A stretch of DNA of 64,000 nt from the NCBI RefSeq assembly GCF_036588685.1, contig NC_086374.1, positions 46,252,001-46,316,000 of the forward strand, written 5' to 3'. The first letter of the stretch is position 1. Every line of letters starts with the position of its first letter. The translations under genes were made by a program, and so were the position numbers. The DNA is from Mytilus trossulus. Lineage: Eukaryota. Under the pieces are notes generated by a model, which searched no databases, was not told where the DNA came from, and worked only from the letters and a program-made list of their open reading frames with translations. Shown here piece by piece: positions 26,489 to 37,148 of this stretch.

Positions 26489-27034
26489 ATGGGAGACAAT
26501 TTTCACGTTACACATAGATATGTCTTAGACAATGATGTACGATATATGTATAGTGGAAGTCCTTTAAGCATGATGTATAGAAATCCAGACTATCCGAACT
26601 TCGACATGCTAAGGTTAAAAAGAGAAAATACATCATTTAGGAGAAACATCCTACAAAATCAAATGAATGGAACTTTCCTAGTACCAAGGAATCCAGCTCT
26701 ACGATCATTCTCCCGTCATGACGTTAGTGGCATGGTCAACAGACTTCAACGAACGACCATTGCCAGGGTTGGAGTTTCGGAAGAAAACTTAGACAAATTA
26801 AGATGCAGGGATGATGTTATGGAACCTGATAAATCTGGATACGCTTCTTACAGAAAATTACCTAAAGCACAGGTGGACAGAATCGTGGAAAGATTACTCA
26901 AGAGTAGAACAATTATGAGCTCAATGAAGGAATACAAAGCACCATTACCGCTGATGACTGGCCTCTCTACCAGTTATACAAAATTAGCAAATTCTAAAGC
27001 TTTGCATGGAGTAGTGCCAGTTGTTAGAGTATGA
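26489..27034 (+). CDS. Uncharacterised single-exon basic protein (181 aa) with two internal copies of a V-x-x-hydrophobic-V-x-R-L...T motif
   Basis: Long ATG-initiated ORF in good context (GCAATGG), with higher GC and normal composition against an AT-rich background. No overlap with recognisable repeats. No family recognised. Confidence 0.7.
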   Translation: MGDNFHVTHRYVLDNDVRYMYSGSPLSMMYRNPDYPNFDMLRLKRENTSFRRNILQNQMNGTFLVPRNPALRSFSRHDVSGMVNRLQRTTIARVGVSEENLDKLRCRDDVMEPDKSGYASYRKLPKAQVDRIVERLLKSRTIMSSMKEYKAPLPLMTGLSTSYTKLANSKALHGVVPVVRV

Positions 27035-28689
27035 TAAAAAAAAAAGTGATATTGTAATAATGGTAAGCAAACATGATTTTATTTATATTACTGCTTTAAA
27101 TGAAATGATCATAAAAACATAAATACCATTCCTTGAATATATGTTGAGCAGGATATGCTTACCCTTTCGGAGCACCCCAGTTTTTTCAGGGGTTCGTGTT
27201 GCTTAGTCTTTAGCTTTCTATATTGTGTCTTCTATACTATTATGTGTCTGTTTGTCTTTTTATTTTTAGCCATGGCGTTGCCAGTTTATTTTAGATCTAT
27301 GCGTTTGACTGTCCCTCTGGTATCTTGTGTCCCTCTTTTAAAACATCTTTATAAAAACAAGTATCAAAATTATACCAAGCGAATAATAAAATGTTTAGAT
27401 GTAAACACGTGTGTGCAAATATATAAAATGCAATCGATGCATAATTAAGAAATGTAAATATATCAGTGATTTAAAAAAAAAAATACAATACATAGTTTGC
27501 TTATACATGTTGCAGTTGTGCTCAATTGTGTGTCTATGGAAGTGAAATGACCATAATAAAAAAAAATACAAAATGCATCATTGAATAACGATGTAAAGTG
27601 TATAAGAATTTTTTTTTTTTATTTATTAATCAAAATAAAACGTTGATTAGGAGTTCTATGTATTTGTGTTTTCAAACAGAGACATTAGAGATTGAATGAT
27701 AAACTAGAAACAATAAATTTAAACTACCGAGCATTTTAAAGGGTGTCAGGTCAGACTAACATTTTTTCTAATATATTAACACGCTATTCCAAATACCACA
27801 ACAATTAATCCGGGTTGTTCTTTTATTGTAGAATTTTTACACACGGAACCTCCCAAGAGCTGTGACGACCAACCGTTGAAGTACTTTACCAATGCTGAGA
27901 TACCATTTCATTCAAACATTGGGACTTGGCCATCAAATGAACTTATCTTATATTCTGACATTTTTTGTATGCCAATATCACTTTGCTTTTAAGTTATACT
28001 TCGACTTTATTAGCAGATCATGCATAGTCCGAAAGAAATCTGGGTTTTTTATATTGGGAAACAAAGGAATGATATTGTTCCAGTAATTTTTTATATCAAA
28101 ATTTTTGTTCTCTTCGTTTGTTGATGTTCATTCGTTTTTACCTTTTACGTTTATGACGGATAATGCTTATTCATTCTGGTCACCTTCGAATAGCGCTTAA
28201 CACTTTTTCTTCTTTTTTCTCCCCTTCATTGTATTGTATCTTGTTTTGTTTACTATGTTTAATGTGTTTTGTTTTATTTTGTTACAAAAGTTACATGCAA
28301 TAAAAATGATAGCTTATTTAGTAAATACGTTTCATGGGTTTTTTTTTCCTTTTTTGCTGGCGCCACTATTTACTCATACTTTATTTTGACAATCTGAGTT
28401 TTGAGAACTGCATTAAGAGGCGCAATATGATGTATCATAAGCACACGAATTTCTAACCCGTTCCAGAATCCTTAGGTTGCTGATGCTTTATGCTATTTTC
28501 AGGACAATTGTTTTAGTGAAAGATATGGATATATAACATTCTCTCATTTTGTTATCAACATTTAAATAACGATCAACATATCCTGTCTTTATACTGTGTA
28601 CCTATCTAGATATGTTTGACTAAATATTTTTCAAAGTTCTTATTTAAGTTAACCATAAAAACATTATGGTAACTACCTGTATCTCTTTG

Positions 28690-29135
28690 AGGGTATTATC
28701 TACCCAGTAGTCAGCACTTCTGGAATAGATTTTTTTAGTTGTATTAGCAAAACTTTCATGGATTTTTTGTCCTCAATGATCTTTACCTTCGTACTATATT
28801 TGGCCTTTTTAACATGTAGAAGTAGACGTGTAGATGAAACGAACGTCTGGTGCAAATACGAAATTTCAATTCTGGTAACAATGATTAATTTATTTACAAC
28901 CACTGGGTAGATGCCACTTCTGGTGGAGTCTTTATGCCCCGAGAGTATCACCAGCCTAGTAGTAATCATTTCTGTGTAGACATGAGTGTAGACATGAATT
29001 ATCATTGATATGGTCATAATTATAAATTAACTGTTACAAAACTTTATCTTTTTGAAATACTAAGGTTTTTCCACCTCAGAAATAGATTACCTATTTGGCA
29101 AAACTTATAGAAATTTTTGATCCTCGATGCTCTTT
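28690..29135 (+). mobile_element. Degraded multimeric retrozyme-family array; similar remnants at ~34800-34920 and ~38015-38405
   Basis: Homologous to the 16299-16540 family in opposite orientation, with sequence recurring after ~350 bp. The hammerhead is partly deleted. Confidence 0.6.
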
Positions 29136-29761
29136 CCTTCTTTCAATTTCAAAACTCATACGATACGACAGCTGCTACTCGGACTTTTTAATACGTCATC
29201 TGTTTCTTGAGAAAAATATAGAGACTAGTTTGGTCAAATGGCTTTTGACGTAACAGGGTATTTATGTATCCCGGTATTGTGTTTTTCACTTTGGGTGTTC
29301 CTGGTGCAATTGATTCCTAGGCTGCGATTCGGACTTTATTTGGATAGTTGTGATATAAGGTATGTACTATCAACCTCAAAAAAACATTTTTATCGGTGCC
29401 TTAGTATCAACTACACACACAATTTTTTGTTGTTGGCGTCTTTAGTAAATGTTTTACTAATTTAACAGATTATAAAAAAAATGTCATATTATTGGGAGTA
29501 TCCGCTTGCATTAAAGGTAAGTTTAATCCACCAATTCCTTGAAAATCCAAGTCAGGCATATGACACTTGTTTTCCACTCGTTCAGTTGGTCGATAACGTA
29601 TTTTTATTGTTGTTTTTTTTACTTTTCAAAAAATTAAACTGGAAAAAAAAATGTTTTGTATAAAGCAATACTGTTGATTCCTTGGAAACTTGTGACATGA
29701 TCAAAAGAGAACGAACATGACATTAAATATCTGAAACGGAATTCGTTTGATCAAAATTAGA

Positions 29762-32700
29762 TTTTTAGCTCACCTGGCCCAAAGGGCCAAGTGAGCTTTT
29801 CTCATCACTTGGCGTCCGTCGTCCGTCGTCTGTAAACTTTAACAAAAATCTTCTCCTCTGAAACTACAGGGCCAAATTTAACCAAACTTTAATCTAATCT
29901 TTTAATTATCTAACGTGACTTATTACCCAATTGTGACTGTTTTGCTGAATATGAATTCGTATTACTATAAAACGTGTTTCTGTACTTGTTTATCCCAAAT
30001 TCATGTATTTAGTTTACATGTTTAATGTTATATCTGTAATTCTCATCGGATTTTGTCAAATGTGTTGACGTCTTTTTATTATATTTAGGTGTTACGGATA
30101 GAAAAATTAATCACCGCCTTTATTAATTATATCTAATTTTGTACGATTAATTACGTTTGAAGTTGGATTCATAACAAACTGGACATATATATATATATTA
30201 CAGTTAATTGCTATTAATAAGTATTGCAATATGCATTTTGTTTTAATGAATTATCCGTATTTAGTTTTAATATAATCTTAAAGCAATCCTAATTCTATCT
30301 CACTTTTGAATTATAGTTTTTCATGTGTGACGTCATGCTGTTTCTAAATTTCATAAATTCAAATGTGGCGTAACGTTTGCCTTTTCGCCATCGTATGTGA
30401 CGTCATTTCTTTTAATTGCGTTGATGCCTGGACTGATTCGGGTGTGTCTATGCTGTATTGAACTTAGCATCATGTATTCGGGTTTAGTTTTCTGTAATAA
30501 GTTTATACTTCAGTTTCATTATGTATATATCTTTCATATTCATTTGTTAAAATTTACTGTTTGCAATAGCATGAATCGTTCTATATAATAATGGTGTTCT
30601 TATCCCGGGCATAAAAACAATGCTGTATTTGGCAAAACCTTTTCAACTTTTGATCTTCAATGCTGTACAACTTTGTACTTTTTTCACTTTCCAACTTTTT
30701 TATCTGGGCGTCACTGGTGAGTCTTGTGTGGACAAGACGCGTTTTTGGCGTATTGAATTTTAAACCTGATGCCTTTTGTTATCTATTCATCATGTTTTTC
30801 TTTGTCTAATGTGTTCTCCTATTTATTTGTATTGTAGTCCTGTAATATTATGTTGTCATTTCAATGTTATATTTAACTTTGCCATTAAAGTGCGAGGTTT
30901 GGCATGCCATAAAACCAGTTTCAACCCAACACTTGTATTCCCCTTTAAAAGTGTCCTGTACCAAGTCAGGAAGATGGCAATTGTTATAATATTGTTCGTT
31001 TCTGTGTGTGTTGCATTTTAACGTTGAGTCGTTTGTGTTTTCTCTTATTTATGAGATATTGAGATAAGACGTGACACGGTACTTGTCTATCCCAAATTCA
31101 CGTATTTGGTTTTGCTGTTATATTTGTTATTCTCGTGGTGTTTTGTCTGTTGCTTGGTCCGTTTCTGTGTGTGTTGCGTTTCGGTGTTGTGTCGTTGTTC
31201 TCCTCTTATATTTAATGTGTTTCCCTCGGTTTTAGTTTGTTACCCCGATTTTGTTTTTTGTCCATGGATTTATGAGTTTTGAACAGCGGTATACTACTGT
31301 TGCCTTTATTTGCCACAATCATCATTAGGGTATCTAGTTTAAAAATGTGTCCCGTGATCCGGCATACCAACCAAGATGGCCGCCACGGCTAAAAATAGAA
31401 CATAGGGGCTTATAACTAAAAAACCAAAGCATTTAGAGCAAATCTGACATATGGGGAAATGTGTTTATCAGGTCAATATCTATTTGCCCTGAAATTTTCA
31501 GATGGATCAGACAAGCTGTTGATGGTTGCTGCCCCTGAATTGGTAATTTTAAGAAAATTTGGCTGTTTTGGGTTTTTATCTTGAATATTATTATAGATAG
31601 AGATAAACTGTAACAGCAAAAATGTTCAGCAAAGTAAGATCTACAAATAAGTCAACATGACCAAAATGGTCAAGTGACCTCCTGAGGAGTTATTGCCCTT
31701 TATATTCAATTTTTAACAGTTTTTCGTAAATCTTAGTAATCTTTTAGAAAAATCTTCTCCTCTGAAACTAATGGGACAAATTAAACCAAACTTGGCCACA
31801 ATCATCATTAGCGAATTTAGTTTAAAAATTGTGTCCGGTGACCCAGCTTACCAACTAAGATGGCCGCCACGGCTAAAAATAGAACATAGTGGTAAAATGC
31901 AGTTTTTGGCTTATTACTCAAAAATTGAAGAATTTATAGCAAATCTGTCAGGGTTTAAGTTTTTATCAGGTCAAGGTCTATCTGCCCTGCAATTTTCAGA
32001 TGAATCAGACAACCCGTTGTAGGTTGCTGACCCTGAATTGGTAATTTTAAGGAAATTTTGCTGTTTTGGGTTATTATCTGAATATTATTATAGATAGAGA
32101 TAAACTGTAAACAGCAAAAATGTTCAGCAAAGTAAGATCTACAAATTAGTCAAGTGACCAAAATGGTCAATTAACCCCCTATGGAGTAATTGCCCTTTAT
32201 AGTCAATTTTTAACAATTTTTTGTAAATCTTAGTAATCTTTTAGAAAAATCTTCTCCTCTGAAACTACTGGGACAAATTAAACCAAACTTGGCCACAATC
32301 ATCATCAGAGTATTTTGTTTAAGAAGTGTGTCTGGTGACCCGGCATACCATTCAAGATGATTGCAACAGCTACAAATAGAACATAGGGGTAAAATGCAGT
32401 TTTTGGCTTATAACTCAAAAACCAAAGCATTTAGAGCAAATCTGACATGGTGTGAAATTGTTAATCAGGTCAAGATCTAACTGCCCTGAAATTTTCAGAT
32501 GAATCTGACAACCAGTTGTTAAGTTACTGTCCCTGAATTGGTAATTTTAAGGAAACTTTGCTCTTTTTGGTTATTATCTTGAATATAACTATAGTAATGT
32601 ACAGCAAAGTAAGACCTAAAAATAAGTCAACATGAACAAAATGGTCAATTGACCCCCTAAGGAGTTTCGTAAAATTTGTAAATGTTCACTAACATTTTCC

Positions 32701-32869
32701 CCTGAAGCTATTGGGCCAAGTTCATTATAGATAGAGATAATTGTAAGCAGCAAGAATGTTTAGAAAAGTAAGATCTACCAACACATCCCCATCAGCAAAA
32801 CACAATTTTGTCATAAATCTATCTGTGTCCTTTGTTTAATATTCACATAGACCAAGGTGAGCGACACAG
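29762..32869 (+). mobile_element. Non-autonomous Helentron-associated (HINE/DINE-like) element with ~497-bp internal tandem repeats, interrupted by a nested insertion at ~29890-31310
   Basis: 5' T-run plus hairpin AGCTCACCTGGCCC-AAA-GGGCCAAGTGAGCT, a (CGTC)n-type microsatellite, repeat units starting at ~29845, 31749 and 32246, and a 3' subterminal IR CAAGGTGAGC. Confidence 0.75.
29890..31310 (+). mobile_element. Helitron/Helentron-like non-autonomous element inserted at a TT site; partial copies at 39930-40535 (opposite strand), ~280-470, 1590-1675, 1755-1960 and 22510-22695
   Basis: Splits the host repeat AACCAAACTT|(G)GCCACAATC. Terminal hairpin AACAGCGGTATACTACTGTT lies a few nt before the end (GCCTTTATT). 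Confidence 0.65.
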
Positions 32870-33167
32870 TTGGGGTGAAGGTTGGTAAAGGGAGCAAACA
32901 GGTAGACAGATAGGGGATGTGGTATGATTGCTATTAAACAAAATATCCATCGGAGACATAAGCATAGGGTGAATAACAACCAATTAACAACCAATTATAG
33001 AGCTATAAAATGTCTTGATGTGACAAAATATGTATACAAACATAGATTATTTATGTTTTAAGTTTTTGTGTTTATGTTAGTTGTGTTGGTAAGTTTGTCT
33101 ATATAATGTGTAAAGCGATTTTCAACTGATTTTGTAGCGTGTTCTTGTGTTTGTGCTGTTAATAGGT

Positions 33168-33640
33168 ATAAGAAGATGTAGTATGAGTGCCAATGAGACA
33201 ACTCTTCATCCATGTTACAATTTGTAAGAGTAACCCTTTATAATTCAATGTATTGTATTCAACACGGAGCGTTGACTCACACCGAACAGCAATCTGTAAA
33301 GAACACTATATTTGAATTTTATGTAACATTGTTATTTTTTATCTTGTATTTTTTCATTAATAAATACTGTTTTAACTAAAGAGGCCCAAATTTAATAGTG
33401 TAAACCCATTCAAAAGGAAAAAAACAACGGTCTAATCTATATAAAAAACGAAAAACGAAAAACACCTATGATCCACATCAACAAACGACAACTACTGAAC
33501 ATCAGATTCCTGACTTAGGACAGTTACAAATAAATGAGGTGGGTTGAAATATTTTAATAGGACCATCTTTCACCCTTATCTGAAACAATAGTGTAACAGA
33601 ACAACATAGAAAGACACGCTATAGAATATTAATTGAAATG
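33168..33640 (+). repeat. Dispersed SINE-like repeat (AAGAAGATGTGGTATGA.TGCCAATGAGACAACT family); copies at ~7466-7752 (minus) and ~42262-42435
   Basis: Mutual sequence homology within the window. Confidence 0.6.
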
Positions 33641-33654
33641 ACTCGATCAAAAGA

Positions 33655-33850
33655 TACCGTATAGCGGGTTATTTTCGCTGATAGAATAAAATTGTCAAAA
33701 ATAAATTCCGCCAAATGAAAAGTTTACGTGCAAAGGTATTGATAAAAGTTTTGAATCCGCCAAAATAATAACCGCAACAAAAAAGTTTTATACCTTATTC
33801 AATGAAAATGGCGAAATTTTACACTCGCAAAAATAACCCGCTATACGGTA
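33655..33850. mobile_element. TA-flanked MITE
   Basis: TACCGTATAGCGGGTTATTTT / AAAATAACCCGCTATACGGTA. Confidence 0.8.
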
Positions 33851-33877
33851 TATTAACACTGATGAAGGTACACTGAA

Positions 33878-34682
33878 AAGTTAGCCATATCCTTTAACTC
33901 AACTTCCCGCTATATAGATGATGTTCTTTCATTAAATAATTCAAATTTGGTGACTATGTCGAATGCATCTATCCCATTGAACTAGAGATAAAGGATACAA
34001 CAGATACCGTTAAGTCGGCCTCATATCTTGAATGAATCTAGAAATTGACAATGAGGGTCGATTGAAAACAAAACTTTACGACAAAAGAGATGATTTCAGC
34101 TTTCCAGTTGTGAACTTTCCATTTCTAAGTAGCAACATTCCAGCAGCACCTGCATTAGGTGTATATATCTCCCAATTGATACGATATTCCCGTGCTTGCA
34201 TTTCCTATCATAATTTTCTTGATAGAGGGTTGTTGCTCACAAGGAAGCTATTAAATCAAGAGTTCCAAATGGTGAAGTTGAAATCATCTCTTCGTAAATT
34301 TTACGGACGCCATCACGAGTTGGTTGACCGTTATGAAATAACCGTTTCTCAAATAATATCGGATATGTTCCGTACATCGTAACTTCAATCCCCTTCCCTT
34401 TCATGAATGTGATTTACCGAATTAGACTATTTACCTGATGTGTTATCACATAAACAACACGACGGGTGCCACATGTGGAACAAAATTTGCGTACCCTTCC
34501 GGAGCACCTGAGATCACCCCTAGTTTTGGTGGGGTTCGTGTTGTTTATACCTTAGTTTTCTATGTTGTGTCATGTGAACCATTGTTTGTCTGTTTGTCCT
34601 TTTCATTTTTATCCATGGCTTTGTCAGCTTATTTTCGATTTATGAGTTCGCCTGTCCCTCTGGTATCTTTCGACCCTCTTTT
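33878..34682 (+). mobile_element. 5'-truncated Penelope-like retroelement (RT C-terminus/thumb plus 3' UTR)
   Basis: FNSTSRYIDDVLSLNN...IYPIELEIKDTTDTVKSASYL (frameshifted), followed by ORF LEIDNEGRLKTKLYDKRDDFSFPVVNFPFLSSNIPAAPALGVYISQLIRYSRAC. No C-terminal GIY-YIG domain. The 3' end recurs alone at ~21970-22140, 27140-27340, 42775-42900, 49725-49920 and 50640-50712. Confidence 0.8.
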
Positions 34683-35162
34683 ATAAATATTTTGGGTGGC
34701 CGTAGATTGACTTCTTGACGTCTATTCTGGTTTTATTTGTTGTTAAATTTTTGTTACATTCCGACTTACTATTTATATTTCATTATCATTTTTTATGAAC
34801 TGCCTATTTATAATACTTTCAAATGTTCGAAATGCTATGGATATTCTACCCCAGGCTTAGATTATATAGAAGGTGTTTAGCAAATCATTTTAGGAATTTT
34901 AGGTCCTCGATGCTCTTTTGTAATTATGATCTTTGTATCGTTAATGCGTATGTTTGTGTACAGTGCTTATTCTGCAGGCTTGAGTATACGGGAGGGGGTG
35001 TTGCGAAAACCTCCCATTCGTGATTAAGTATTTTAAGCAGTTAATCCAACCAGGTTTTGTTTAACATGAACAATGAACATTGCAACGTTAGCTTGTTGTT
35101 GTTTGATCTTATTTTACTGGAAACAAAACAAAACGTAAGTATTCTATTTATATGTATATCCT

Positions 35163-37148
35163 TTAACGACCCTTTACCCCATGAGGATATGGACATGGCT
35201 CGTTTTCGTTGTTTTTCATTACTGCCTTTTCCCAACACGGTACATCTTCTACAGCTTTGCAGTCTGGATGCAGATCCCCCAAAGTTATTCCCAGTCTGAA
35301 AAGAATAAAAACAGGAGACAATGCTTTATTATTTATATCTATGTATTCTGCAATCGACCATCTCCACGTTTCTAGCATTGTCTCTCCCTAACATACTGAT
35401 TTTTATATTCCGATTAAAAAGATCTTCATATGCATATATTAAGAATGTAAACAAATATCAAAACATCTCGTTTAGGTCAACTATGCCTAAGGGATTTGAA
35501 ACTTATGTATGCTGAATATTCATCTGAATGCTCATAAAACATAACATGCTATGCCTTAACATTGATTAATAAGCATATGCATTAAAGATGAACTGTCTGG
35601 GGTAATAAAATGTTATGTTTAAAACCCTTCAAAAATAGATGAGTTTTCATTTTTACACCTTTTTATCTAAAAAATTTTCCCGCAAATTGAAATATAATAT
35701 ATACGTACTGACAACAATTCAGGAAACCGTTGTTACAATTACAACTGATACAATCCTCATATGATGTATAACGTATACCATTTTTTACAAAGACTTCATT
35801 GGGTGTAGTACAGTCTGTATGAGTAAAAAATAGTACATTACTCGCAAATAAATCTTTACTAGCACTGCTTGCATTATTTATTTTGATAAAACATTACGAA
35901 AAGAATTTACCAAAAATTTCGACTTGTAGACTTTCAGCAGACGTTTTATCAAGTCTACCAATCAAATAGGCCATGTGTTGTTAAAGTCCATTACTAATTG
36001 AGAGGAAATTTCAATATAAGTGAAAATGCTTTAAAAATTGCATTCAATTTGTATTCAATCTGAGAGGTTAAAGTGTGTAATATGTCAGTAGACATTTTTA
36101 TGTTGTGTCTTGTGGACTAATTGGTCTTTTCGTGGTCTTTCTAGTATTTATTTGGTCATGTTTGTCATCTTTTTCTACTTCAACTTTCTCCCTCCCTTTT
36201 GCAATGTTCCACATCCCCGGAACTTATTTTGATTTACAAGCCGAACAAATTATTGAATTACAAATTAGAATGGTATATATAGAAAAGTGCGTTTTATTGT
36301 GATTTTAACATTTGGATTGGTTTAAATGAAGTAAAAAAAATATAAGTAATTAATTGATTGAATAACACTTTTACCGATTTTTTGGTAGCGTAAAGAATAG
36401 GATTTATTTCATAGTTGAATGTGTATTTACAATAAAGAATAAGACTGTTCATTCAAACATATATGACCAATGCTGGGAAAGGGGTGTAATGAAAGACAAT
36501 GAAAACAAGGCATGTCCGTGTCCTTATGGGGTAAAGGGTTGTGAAAGTTGATAAATAAAAATAAACAGAAATGAGAATGCTTACATTTTACGTTTTGTTT
36601 TTCTTATAATGTTCGTTACAATTGTTTTTACTTCTGATGATTTGACGAGTATTTTATAATTTGGCAACAAATGTACTTCAATATCCTTACCGTATACAGT
36701 GAGTAGCTAGCATATTTATAAATCTGTTATGATTATTTCTATATCTTATGTAAAAGGCATTGCTTTTTATTTTACTGCACCAGACACCAAATATCTTTTC
36801 AGTGATGATTGAGGCCAAACTATTCAAAAAGCCAAACTTAACATAGTTTCAACAAACATGTGCTTGAATTTAGGTTTCAACGAATCGAGGAACCTACTAT
36901 CATCTAACATAAGCAAAAATGTATAGCCATATTTGATAAAGTACCAGTTATAATTTTTCTGTAAAAAAAAAGTGAGAAAAAACATAATACAGCGATGCAG
37001 TTAAAAAATCGGACGATATAACAATCTATAAAAATCGCTTACCTATAAGACCTGGACCAGCATATGACACCCTAAAACAATAACCGTCTGCTATGGTAAC
37101 AAGACTCAGCATTAAAAATACCGCGTTCAAAATAACATTGGAAAACAT
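35163..37148 (-). CDS. Beta-microseminoprotein (PSP94)-like secreted Cys-rich protein, copy A; exons 37148-37043, 35814-35709, 35295-35163 (114 aa)
   Basis: Signal peptide MFSNVILNAVFLMLSLVTIADG, then YCFRVSYAGPGLI-DCTTPNEVFVKNGIRYTSYEDCISCNCNNGFLNCC-QLGITLGDLHPDCKAVEDVPCWEKAVMKNNENEPCPYPHGVKGR*. Ten Cys in PSP94 spacing (C..C..CxxCxC..CC..C..C..C). GT-AG introns, phases 1 and 2. Confidence 0.85.

Noticed and set aside
27155-27448. Hydrophobic ORFs at 27155, 34438, 49701 and 21852 with similar sequences
   Set aside because: All derive from the repeated 3' end of the Penelope-like element and are not a membrane protein family.
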